Origin: Raillietiella orientalis
Taxonomy: Eukaryota
Assembly: GCA_036172245.1 (NCBI GenBank)
Contig: JAYWIR010000007.1
Coordinates: forward strand, 4,836,001 to 4,900,000
DNA: 64,000 nt
Direction: 5' to 3'
Part shown: positions 37,291 through 50,067 of the stretch, piece by piece
Layout of the letters: each line of letters opens with the position of its first letter
How positions within the stretch are numbered: position 1 is the stretch's first letter
Notes under the pieces: generated by a model
Database searches by the model: none
Told to the model about the DNA's origin: nothing
The model's input: only the letters and a program-made list of their open reading frames with translations
Position numbers and translations under genes: made by a program

Positions 37291-40200
37291 ATCTGAATGA
37301 AATGGAAAGGATGAATGAGACTATAGTGTGGGCAATATATCCAAAGAGATGGCTCTCAAAATGTCAAGAAAATCCTCCTGCGAAGTCCAAGTCTCAATTC
37401 TTAAACCGCCTTTCAGTTTCTCAAGGGGCTTCTAGAGCATAAAAAGGGGAAAAGTAATTTTCCCTTGTAACGAAACCAAACCACGGAATTTGAGAATATC
37501 AAGGTCATTTTCCTGGATTCTGAGAGTAAGGAAAAACTGAATCTCTCCCCCTCTCCTTCCCCCCCCCAAATCGATGACATTTAATTATCTGTAGGAAATG
37601 CTAAGGAAATATGCTTGCAGGAAGTTTAGAGATTCCTTACCAAGAAATTTTTGTAGTCTGAGAAAGTGAATCTAGATCGGTAGTAAATTTAATACGAGTG
37701 CTTCTGTTTTTTTCCGCAATATTCCTACGCGATGCGCTTTCTCACATTCTTTCTTTTACATTTCTGGAATCACAGCGTGAGCTATGTCTTTACCAAGGAG
37801 GTCAAGAGTTGACCCGTGACCTTTCGTTCAAAATACGATGAGCTTTCATTTTTTTTTTTAACCGTGCTTACGAAATGCAAACACCATCCTGGAACAGTGA
37901 TTGTGAGGACACACGGGAGAATCATGGGCTGCATTCGTGTGCCATTTCGGGGCGAACCCACGAGGAAATGCGAGCTTAGGCCTATCGTGGCAACCTTCAG
38001 AATCTCTTGAAAATTTCCTTTCAAAGTTTTTCTGAATCGGTAGCTCAGCTGACTACGGAGGCTTCTCTTTTTCTTTTTCTTTGCACGTCGTTGAAGGCAA
38101 TTCATCTATGATTTAAGATGTTTTCCTTCCTTTTTTCACATTAGTAAACAAAAGGATATGAGGTTCCATGTACGGAAACAAATAATGAATTCCAAATTCA
38201 CTGCAGGAGGCTTTTTCCTATGGTCGATGAATTCGTGCGATCAAAATGAATAAATAGATCCTAGTAGAGGGTAAAGAAGAGAGAGAACAAACCAGAGAAG
38301 TATTCAACGATTGATAAAGTATATCCATCAATCATTGTTCTCAATTTGTGACACCGAAAATGAAAGGTTTCAGAGAAAAGATGAGTTTGGCACATAAAAA
38401 GGATAATACTACATATGCATCTTGTACATATACGTATACTGATTTTCAATAATGGAAAATCGCTTTTGGTACTTTTCCTCATAACATTTTGGGCAGTATA
38501 GTCTCGGAAGGATATTTCGATATTACAAAATTTTATGTCCACTTTGGTGTGGCTTAATTTTTTATTTTTGGTTTAATTATAACCACCATGAGCTAAGCTA
38601 TCCAAGTTCGAAGTTCATTCGAACGTGCAAATTTTTCTCGGACACATAGCAGGATAATTTGGTTAACATTAAGCAGCATTACTGTGGATGATTAATGAAA
38701 AATCAACGTTGGGTACCTTCATCTGTAGTATGAACTTTGTAATCAACATATTCGTGGGCAGGTTTCTTGGAACAGAACGCCAAAAAGTTGATTTTGTATT
38801 CGTGCTTTATGGGTATAGTCAAACAAGGATAGGATATGCTATCCTTAGATTGCTCCATGATAATGAATTTCGATGACTTGATAATAAATTTCATCGTGAT
38901 CCAAGGCAAAAAGTTTCTTCTGGAGCAATTCATAAAATAATTCCTCAGATTTCTACAAGAGAAAAAAAGGTGAAAACTAACAGAATCAGGGAAAGTTCTA
39001 AACAGAATATCTATTATACCACAGCTTGCGAACAAATAGAGACGAGGAAAGCACCCTACGGCACACAGGATAACTTCCTGTGCGAAGTTCAGGAATTCTA
39101 GGACTTTTGTTCCATAACTGAATCATATTGAGCTTACTATTTGATTTCAAATGACTGCATAACGAAAAATTACATCCACCAGTTCAGGTGTCCATTAGCA
39201 GATCGGGTTCTTGAAAATGACGACTCCATGTGTATGATGTGTATTCATGTATGCAACTCAGAATCACATTTGAACCAACATATGCAATATGTTTTCCCAT
39301 ATATTTAAGCTCTGCTGTACTCCACCTTAGTATACGGCTCTTTGAATGTTGTAAGCAGCCACTTGTTTGCAAACCAAAAGTCAAATTCTAGCTGATCTGC
39401 CGAGGTCTTTCGTGGTGGTTGGTATGGTATGAAGAGAAGCTTCTGCCACTGTTAGCAACTTCATTTACTGGAAACGCCTTTCTATAGAAACTCAATTCTG
39501 AGATGCTTTCTAAATAAATAAGAAAGTTCTCCAAAGTGAATCGTGCGAAATCTGAATTCGTTTCAGCGATGTGAACACCATGTCATGTGTGGTCATTAAT
39601 AACAAATCGAACAGGTAATTTCTCTTTTATAAAGAAATAAAAAAAAAGGCAAATGCTTCACAGGAAAAATCAAATGTGGACTTGTGTGGACGCTTTTTTG
39701 TTAGGGCTTTTATGTTTTCAATAGCCGAGATATTGATGCTCACAACTCATTAAGGAGAGTAATAGTACAGCAAAAAAGGAAAAAAGATAAGCACAATAAA
39801 ATCATAAAGGGGAAACACGGAAAAATTAGAAAAAGAAGGGGAAAAATGATTAGGGAGAATTCTGATTTCAGAGAATTGAACATTATAAGAGCAGAAAGCT
39901 TGTAGAGTTTCTGAGGTAACAGACAGCGTTGATCGTTCAGGGAGTAGAGAATTCCTTAGAATCAGGATCATGAGATTTACCGGATTCTACGAAAAAAAAA
40001 AAAAACAGAAAGGATCACAAATGATCATGGGAAGGAGCGATGATAAGCGAAGATTTTGGGGATACATCCAGAGAATCCCGAAACTGTATTCTGTTTGAAC
40101 CATCACAAAACAAAAACTCATCTAACATCAGAGTCGATTACGTGAAACTACGAAAACCCCTTTTTGAAGAGGGGGAAGGAAGACGGCAAGGAATGGAACC

Positions 40201-41796
40201 GCGGTGTGGTGGTGGCACCCGACCACTCCGTGCCCACTGTCCAAACACCAAATTGACGTGCCCGCTCGAGCCACGATCCCGTGATTCGATGTTAACGTGC
40301 AGTGGTGTTAGGGACTAAGGGGAAACCCTCCAATGTATGCTGTTTACCAGAAATGGAAATTCAGGCAGAGTCGTACCTAAATGGTCCAACTGTAGATTCC
40401 TATGACTTGAATGCAAAAATTTGGGTTGGTTCTGGCAGAATTGCAAAAATACTACAGTAATTGATCATCAATTAGCCCGGCTCAGTGGATCAGTTGAGAC
40501 GAATTAGGTTAAAGTTGTAAAATTTTGAACGCTGCATCTCCAAAAGAAGGATACATGGTAAGTGATATTCACAAAAGGAGTAAAAAATGCGTTTTAATCA
40601 AAGGATTCCAAGAGTCACAAAGATGACGACAAAAACGTAAAAACGCATGCACGAGAAATACGAAAAAAAAAAAAGGAAAAAGTCAGATATTGAACAAAAA
40701 AAACCCTAAGAATTAAACAAAAGCATTTGACTGGCATACTTATCACATTCTTAAGAACCAATGAAACAAATCTGTTCGTGTGTTCCCAAGAAATGTCTCT
40801 ATCTCTCATGTCTTCCACTTAGATATGCTTCCCTCTTCTCAAAAAATGAACACTTATAAAAAGGAAGAATTGAAGTTATTGTACACAAATAAGCAATTGG
40901 AGTACAGCAGTAGTTGGTTACTCAGAATTTTTTGCACAATCAAAATGTAGGAATGGCTATTTGATTTCGCAGGTAACCAATAACTAAGTAAATAACACTA
41001 AGTAAACCTAAGTTGTCAATGTTGCCAAGATAACCCAATGATTGCATGTGCCCCCAGATATAAACCTGTTGATCGGAAACTGATCATCAGTAATTAATAA
41101 TGTTACTGAATAGAGAAACAGACCAAAATGAGTTTCAAGGAAAACATTAGATGGAATCAAAAGTTTGCGAACACAATTCGGAAGGAGCTGTATTTATTAA
41201 GAAAGCTTTAAACATGGAAGGTAGGTAAGCTTAAGAGAATCTCTTGTAACACTTTCAAAGCGGAAAGAAAGGTAATACTTTTCAACGGTTCGAACATTTT
41301 GCCTCTAAAATCCATCTGAAAGTTTAATCATATCCGGGAGTGAATTCATGTCCCCCCCCCCAATTTACTTTTAAATTTTCAAGAAGTCAGTGCAAGAAGT
41401 TTTTAAGGGAAAGTTTTCAACTTTTTCCACATTTTTTTTTAGGAAACAAGTGTTTTCTAAAAAAAAAACTGCAAAAGGTTTAGGATATCTAGAAGATTAC
41501 TCTCGACCCGTCTGGAATTTTTACGATCAAAAGGGACAAGTGGGAAAAAGGGTCTCCTTCCCTGGTTGAAGACGATGCCTACAAACCGGATGATGGTTTT
41601 TGAGGAAGGGAGCATGTCGGTGAAAAGCGTGCTAACGCATGAAGGCTATTGCAGATTTCCTTTGTGAATCGCTAACATCCAGAAACAAACATTTACCAAA
41701 GACACAAAATGAGATGAAAACTGCAACTTTCACTAAGAATGTTCCTTTCGTTTCCAACTACACATAATAATGAGGGTAATGGATGAAACTGAAAAC

Positions 41797-44700
41797 CTAC
41801 CGTTTGAACAAAGCATTGCTGCTATAAAGAAAGCCATGAACAGCTCGTATCTGGTGCATGGTCACATTGACCTCGATCACAAACTTGACGTTTTTGATGA
41901 GGGAATCCAATGCCCATATTGTCCCTTCCTTATTCATGGTGTTTAGAGAAACAAGTACATCTATTTCTTTCCCACTGAACGACTGCACGTGGTAAAAAGT
42001 GATCATTTCTTGCATTCTGGCTTCACACGTCACTGATGTCTGGAAACTTGTCATGTCTGCTACGAAGGGTAGAGGACCGAGTTTCCTCGAATTCTGGTTC
42101 GTTACCTACTGGAATAAAACTTCAGTTCCGAAAAACTCAAGACGTTCAGAGTTTTCTCGGAAGGCCTTTTCAGTTTGCAGCAGTTCCCTCTGGTGTGCTC
42201 GCAAGTGGCGCAAGGCTGCGTGATCGTTAAAGAGATGACTTTTCCGAACAGAGCTGTTTCGCACGCGATAGGTATAACCCTGCCTTCACAGGATTCGCCA
42301 ATGCCTTTCCCAGAGTACTTTCCACAAAACTGGTTGTTTTCCACGTAGTGAACATTATCACCGACGTGCACCGAGACATCATGGAATTCCTCACAGGACG
42401 CTGGAGAATCCGAGGCGCAATAAGGTGACCAAGCGACCCAAGCAATCTTACAGTCTGCAGGAAGACTTATCACCACGACGCCAATACGGACCGATTTCCT
42501 CATAAGGATTTTCCAAGTGGGATTAACTGCGAGAGCACTCCAGAATTTCGTTTCTAATGCTGCGTCGTACCCGAATCTGGCATGGAAGCATTCTCCTTTT
42601 CCATTACAAAACACATCGGAAGAACTGACTGAAAGGAAACAAACTCCTTTTCGAAATCAGCGTAATGTGGATGCTCTTGAGGCTCCGGTAGCATTTTTAA
42701 TGGAAATTGAAAGTATTGCACACTTCTTGTTATTGGGTGCTGAAAATTTCGTTCCAGACTGCCTTTAAGACAAACAGCAGCAGCGCCCATCACACGATTT
42801 TGCAACATCTCGTGTGTGGTGAAGCCTCTGTACCGCTTTACGGATAATCGACAAAGAAAAGGAAAATTGCGTTCTGTGGTATGCTCTAACTATATCAGTC
42901 TTTATATCGAATAGATCGGTGCGAAATTGTGAACCTAATATGATTCGGAAAATTAATTACGTGGACTATGAAGAAATAAACGAAAAGTCATTTTTAAAGC
43001 TTCTGATAGGATGGTGCACCGCGGAGCACCATCATTTTTTGCCAATGATCGAACTGAGCATCACCCTTATGATGAAGCAACTACATCTGATTCTGTAGCT
43101 CAATATTCGACCGTTTTTGAAATGAAAGGATGTCCCTTTGTGATTTGTGGAGCTTCATGGAAGGGGGGAGCTCTCTCGTCTTCACATTCTTCACAATGTT
43201 TATGTTCGCCATGCTCACGTGCTATTGAAAGTGTGCCTTCTTGTATCAAAGGCACACTTACTTTTATGAGTTTATGGAATCAGCGCTCTGAGTGAGTGAT
43301 GAATGGAAACGGATGAACGAATTCCGATTACGATGGTTGCACGATGTATGCTGACGGTTAAGGGGTAAAGAAGCAAACGAACTCATGGCATTCGTTCTTC
43401 GTTTTCAAGGGGGCAACGTTAGTGGTCACATCCTGCTTGTTAGTCCAATGGATCCCGACGACAGCCCACATTTAGATATAGATACACATCAGACACATTA
43501 GCTGTATATGCTTGCTTCTGATGATCTGCCCGGAAAATACCTACTCAACCACTTCACGAAGCACCAGGGAAAGTTTCCATTTTCTTAAGAAGAAATTTCG
43601 TTGATTGTGTATTGTGCAATGTTGAAATGTCAAAACATCATTTCAAACTAAGTTACAGTGTTTCAAAAGTAAAGTGGAAAGTTTTCGTGGCCGTAATTCA
43701 GTCCGGCATTCGGGAAATCATCGGCAAAAAACTGAAGTGCGGCATGAATGGAAAAAAACAAACAAACATACATGTCATGATTTGTAACTGATTAAAAAAC
43801 AAAAGGAAAGGCATGGAGAAAGGGGGAATTAATTGTAAACCGTATTATCGTTAAGGCTACAGAGCAGCAGTGTATAGAGAGAAGGCAATAAAAAAAATCT
43901 TTTGAGGAAAATGAGGGGCGGAAGAGAAAATTTTAACCATTTACATTCGTGTACTTTTGACACGGCTTCATTCCATTAATTCTAAACCCTCGGTGCAAAA
44001 TGTGGCCATCATTCCTCGCAAAGAATCATCCTCGAAAGAATACTGCTTTCTGTACAAATACTGCTACCGTACAAAGCGCCAAGCACCGTACCAGAGCGTT
44101 AGCTATTAGTTCGTCATAAAAGTTTTCGTTCATTCTAGATTAGCATAATAACAAATGGGCACGAAAATGAACTGAAATAAAAAAAGAAAAAAATAATCCT
44201 ACTTCCAGCCTGAGCTGCAATAAGCATTTTTATGTAACGGATTAATTAGAGAATCGCCAAACCTTAGCCTAATGAACGAACATTGGTTTCTGCGCTGATA
44301 TGGAACACAGATGATATCGAAATAGCAGATACGTTGTCTGAGAGTTCCTAGGTCTTCAGACTTTCTCTTTTCCACCACTGGAACTTGCAGACAAGACTTC
44401 CTGTAACTGGTTCTCTGTTATCTTGGAAAAAAAAGAAATTCCGCATTGATTTTCTACTTTCATCTTGGTTCCCGCCTATATTTGCTGCAGTTCGTCCGAG
44501 AACCGACGTAAACATCAGAAGAATCGGGAATTACACACAACAAACTCTTGCGCACAGAATGAAATGACTTTTTTTTCTTCTTTTCGATATATCAGTAGAC
44601 AGCGCCAGCATGCCATCATCGTCGGGTTCTAGGATAAAGAGGCTGCTTGAATGACTTTTGTCTCCTAATTCTGGAACCCTAAAGATCTGTTCTGCCTTTG

Positions 44701-45792
44701 CAGTCCCTCTTCAGCAAAAGCAGGTACTTCCTATAAAGGAAGCGGCTACGCTCTTAGCAAACAGTTTTTTCAAACAGTTTTTCCCTGGCATTTTGTGATG
44801 AGAAACCGAAATCAGTCATGAATATGGTTTTCGGTCAACTTTCCCTGGTGCTTCGTGAAGTGGTTGAGTAGGTATTTTCCGGGCAGATCATCAGAAGCAA
44901 GCATATACAGCTAATGTGTCTAATGTGTATCTATATCTAAATGTGGGCTGTCGTTGGAATCCATTGGACTAACAAGCAGTTAACCTCATGGATGTGACTA
45001 CTAACGTTGCCCTCTTGAAAACGAAGAACGAACATACATGAATATGACCTGTGTCCTGATTGCATATGGGACGCAGACCCACACTTAGGGTTCTGACAAC
45101 GTCTTTACTTACAATACTCAGGAAGTCTGTTTCCCTCTTGATTATGGACGAGGGACAAGCCAGTAAAACGAAATCTTCTCTTTCTCCTTCTTCAAACGCT
45201 TATTCTAAACTTTTGATTCACTCTTAATCAAATGATCAACAATAGTTTTTTAAAAGAAAAGAAAAAAAAAATGGACTTATAGTTTTTGAGTTTTAAGATA
45301 CGTTCCTAGCAAGCAGAAATATGATTTATTTAAGTCTCACTTTAGTCTCTGAAATTCTAAATAGTGTTTGTTTCAAAAAGACATAAGGATACCCCACAAA
45401 TATTAATTTAGAAGAAATGAATAAATCACTGATAAATGTGGTTTGTTTACCGCATGCAGCATTCTCATCATGTTTTGTATTTATTTCCAAAAAATTATCA
45501 GGGCAAATACACTTATTCCCTCCACACTTATTCTTTCCATAAGCACACTGATAACCATTCTGCAAACAAAAGTTACCTAAAATATAAAAACAGTGGATAA
45601 TCTACGCATTAGTACTAATCGGATTTCAAGAAAGGAATTCTGCTATGGACTATAATCACACAATGAATGTGAGTACTTTACAAATACATATGAAATCAAC
45701 TGAATGAACTCCTTTATTTGACATGATTACTTACTCATGAAATCAGAAGTAGGTAAAAAAAGAAACAGACATGCAAATTGGAATACCTCCAT
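41797..45792 (-). pseudogene. Signal peptide, EGF-like and F-type lectin (fucolectin-like) exons; probably disabled 5' part of the lectin locus
   Basis: MEVFQFACLFLFLPTSDFM|SNFCLQNGYQC...CGGNKCICPDNF...AAC; F-type lectin pattern NPTWKILM...DC...VSVHVGD...NNQFCG...IAC...FGKVISL...LSFSELKFY at 42102-42630; canonical 50-nt intron to the next exon. In-frame TAA near 42767 and no GT donor near 42685. Confidence 0.65.
43391..45032. repeat. Long inverted repeat pair (43391-43575 and 44837-45032) around a ~1.26 kb non-coding spacer; possible non-autonomous TIR element
   Basis: The arms are reverse complements with only scattered mismatches; the right arm has an 11-nt insertion (ttaacctcatg). Confidence 0.9.
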
Positions 45793-48655
45793 TTTTTAAA
45801 ATGTAATGTTTAATCAAGTTGAATATTAGCAACTTATCGCTCTCATGGTTACACAGTTTGAAAAATTACAAAATTTTGTCATTTTTCAATAATTATAATT
45901 ATTGAAAAATCGGAAAATTATTTCATTCTATTATAATTATTATATTTCATCCTTTTTCCATTATAATTATTCAAGTAATGAATGAGCAATCTGTATGTAA
46001 CCGTATATGTAACTGAACTCCAAGCTTATTCTTCTTAGGTTATGGAAATTTGCTTTTAACTGTTGTTTTAAAAAGCAATTGTAAAAGCATGTAAATCACC
46101 TTGAATAATTTTATTACATCCAATAAATTGATCAATGCAGTCAACTGGAAATATTTTTTTTAGAATACAAGAAAAAGATATTCATCTTTCCATAGTTGGC
46201 TTCAACGAAAAAATAGAGTTCTTATGACAGGAACTAATGACAATGACAGCGTTAAAAAAAATTTATGAACAACTAAATCGCGTTTACCTAGGAAAATGTG
46301 TAACGCGTCTCAGTTTTCTTTGAGAAAACCGAAGTTCTCCAGAATTTCGATTGCAAATTGCAATTTTTTTTCGAAAGTTCAGTGTGATTTACACATTTCT
46401 TTTTATTTTATTTCTTAATTGATCAGATACTGTAAATCTACAGCTTTGCTTTGTCAAGAACTTCCATTAGGTATTCTGCACCAACTCCTAGAGAGGCATA
46501 TAGACTTGGACATCTGCTAAAATTCAAATTATCATCATTCCATTTATTATATCCGATATTTTTTTATTTATAACTGATAACATCCAGAACATCTGATTTA
46601 TCAACAGAATATTTAAACTCGCTTCGAATTGATAGATATATATATGCATATTTTAAGGTAGAATGATCACAAAGATGAGTAATTCCACAGTCTGACTTTT
46701 GATAAACTGTCAGCAACATTTCAATACTTCTGAACTATTGTAGCTAGTTCAGTAAAATTGGAAAATCCATGAGACGTAGCGGCTCTTTCATTTTATCGCA
46801 AACATATTGAATTGTGCGTGAATGTTTTAAACAACTGCAATCATTGATAGGTAGATGCAAAGGATTCTTTCATCGTACAGATTTTCTCATAAATGGACAT
46901 GTGTACTTTCTCAGTGGATTGCGAAATAATTCCTGATGCATTCGGATTTAGAATGAAAATTTTAGAAATTGTTTGATGTCATTATTCATTTGTTTATGAA
47001 AATGAATTTTATAATTTTTATCAGAATTCGTTACATTAAGAATTCGTGGTTTTACTATTGAAACGACATCACACTGAAAGCGATCCCTGATGAGGCATTT
47101 CAATATGAGCTGTAGTTTCCACGTGCACATCAGAATTTTTGAAAATTTCAAGAGCAGCTTTTTGTATGGTAACTCTCCCCTCCTAACTCTCAAGTTATCC
47201 CATTGTTTTTTTCTGACAAACATGGCTAAATTGAAGTAAAATTTAATGAAGTTACAGTAATGGGTTGTAGTGATTAACTTCAGTCTATATCAGAATTGAA
47301 TAATGTATATGTGCACCATTTTTAAAACTGAATGTTGGCAAATTTGCAATCCGAAATATTCAAACGTCTTTTTCCAAAATGCTTTTGTTATGACAAGAGA
47401 TTATTCAAGTTAATTAATTCATGTTAATTAACTTGAATTCAATTAAGCTGTTTTAAACTTGGCTAACTCTGTAGAACAGTAGAAGGGAGGATTTTTGTCT
47501 TTGTTCTCTTTGCAAAAGGTCTTCAAAAGACAGTTGTTCCTTATTTTTTAAAAACTTTTTTTGATTTCTATGAAATTGCCTATTCGTCCCACTTCATGTA
47601 TATCTAGCACTGGAATTTTTTTTATCACCATTAAACTATTTTGTATTGGATTCTCGTGTATGAAAAATGAATACTGTTTTATCTCGTTCCTTATAACCAT
47701 TATGTTATAATGGGACTTTTGGACTAAGTATGCTCCATTCCCTAACACCAATCTGGTATCTGCTTATTACATGAATATATATTTTTACACCAAGTTTGTT
47801 AAATAAATGAGCTGCAGTCACAGTTATACATAACAATTAACAAATTCTGAAGTTCAAAATTTTTAATAGTTCTTTCCTTTCTTTTTTTTTTATTACGCTA
47901 GATAAATGCCTTCTAACGTCACCGGTCCAACTATTAGGTTAGCTATCAGTGCTGGAGATGGGTTCGAAGAAACGTTAACAAAGGCATGTTTTTGTTAATC
48001 AGAGATTTTAGAGAACATGAATCCAAACAATTATAGAGAGGAAGTTTACCACTGTATTACTACGCTTCGTGCATGCACAACGTACATCTTTCCCGAAACC
48101 TAATATCTTGTGCGATGGTACATCCCCACTGTATGACTGAAAGTTATTCACGAGGAATTTCATTATTTTTGCTCTTAAATGTGTGAGATATAGTAATTTA
48201 TATTAACGGGCCCATAGCAAGGAGGGTTAATTCCAATTTCAGCGAAGTTTAGAGGTAACGGGAAAGAAACGCCTTGGCCCTTTGAGGCCCATCGGTCTGA
48301 CCGCCCCACCCGAGGCATTCTGTTACAGCAGCTATCGCAGCAAGCTTGAAGCTGGCGTGCTTCTGCTGCCTATTTGTATAATGTGTAAATTTGGTCATTT
48401 TCTTTGCTGAAATTATTGCCTTTTTAATAACCTTAAAGCAGTCAGCATTGCACTTGGCATCGATAAGGCAATCAATAAATTTGTTGACATTCTCGACAAC
48501 GTGCGGTAACTCGCGCTGTCCAAGAGGTATTGCTACTGCAAGTGTGTACGGTAGGTGCAGTGCAGGTGAACGAAGCGTTATGTTATAAGTTTTTACACAT
48601 AGTCAGAACTTTTGTTGAGTATAGCAGACCTTCGTGTTGTACAGAATTCTTTACT

Positions 48656-50067
48656 ATGAGCAGTTCCAGTGATATTGACGAGTTGGCCTTAACCGAAGTT
48701 TCGTCATCAAAGTGCTTCGGTGGCCATCAGAAAGTTTTCACTCATGACAGGTTGGTATGAGAACTTTGGTTGGTATATTTCAGGATAATAATACACCAAA
48801 TTGGTGTAAGCAGCGTGGAACCAAAGCTTTATTTGGGCTGTACAATTCTTAATTGATTAATTGCGGAAGTTTCGTTTTCTGCAGAATTTGGAATTTACAA
48901 ACGTGATTTCTTGATGTGTAAAATGCGTTGTTTTTTTTTTGTAGTGTGGAAACCAAATGCGTTATGAAGTTTTCTGTGTTTCTTCCACCCCAGATTAGTG
49001 AAAGAAAATGCCCAGTACTATATTGGTTGTCTGGACTAACTTGTACAGAGGAAAATTTCATTTCAAAATCCGGATTTCAAAAGTATGCTTCTGAGTTTGG
49101 AATCGTTGTTGTTGGACCCGATACAAGTCCTAGTAAGTTATAAAAGTATATCATACATTTGGAGTCAACAGTGCTAATAATGTCTTCAATTTCATATCTG
49201 TAATGAACCAATAATTCTTGAATTATCGATTCCACTTAATTGCATTAAATGTAACCAGTAAGTACCCCAAGTGGGAACCCAGAAATCATTGATCAATGCT
49301 AAATGTTGACACAGCATGAAATATCCCTAACAAAATGCTCATTACACAGTTTAAAATATTATTCTTGTACCTTTTGGGGGCTGTAATATTGCTGGAGAAG
49401 ATGAGTCCTGGGACTTTGGAACAGGTGCAGGGTTTTATGTTGATGCAGAGCAATTGCCATGGAAGATGCATTACAGAATGTATTCCTACATTACAAAAGA
49501 ACTGCCTCAGATAATTAATCATTTTGCAGTTATTCCTGGACAGCAGTCGATTTTTGGCCATAGGTACAGAAAAATGTACAGAGAAAGTAGCCAAAAATCA
49601 GCAAAATGTCTTTTCAGCATGGGTGGTCATGGAGCACTTATTTGTGCATTGAAAAACCCAGGACTGTATAAATCAGTTTCTGCATTTGCTCCAATTTGTA
49701 ATCCAGTGAATTGCCCGTGGGGCATTAAAGCTTTTACAGGATATTTAGGGACAGACAGAGACAAATGGACTAATTGGGATGCTTGTGAATTAATCCAAAA
49801 CTCTCCAACCATTCCATTTGACATTCTCATAGATCAGGTGACATGATGTTATAACTTTGCAATGGTAGCATTGTTCTTCAGGGTTGTGAAGATAATTTTT
49901 TGAAAACAAAGCAGCTTTTACCAGAGAACTTAGTTTCAGCTTGTGCAAATAAAGGTGTCCGTCTAATTTTAAGAAATCAGCCAGGATATGATCATAGCTA
50001 CTACTTTATAAGCACTTTCATTAGAGATCATTTTGCTCATCATGCTTCTTATCTCCAGAGCAGCTAA
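48656..50067 (+). CDS. ESD: S-formylglutathione hydrolase / esterase D, 5 exons
   Basis: [14 protein letters not shown]...MKFSVFLPP...[21 protein letters not shown]...PDTSP|RG...[14 protein letters not shown]...[10 protein letters not shown]...SAFAPI...IDQ|G...GYDHSYYFI. Exons 48656-48750, 48945-49132, ~49377-49563, 49618-49837 and 49882-50067. Confidence 0.96.

Noticed and set aside
40474..40510. tRNA/SINE-like start (gcccggctcagtgg)
   Set aside because: No B-box or cloverleaf follows.
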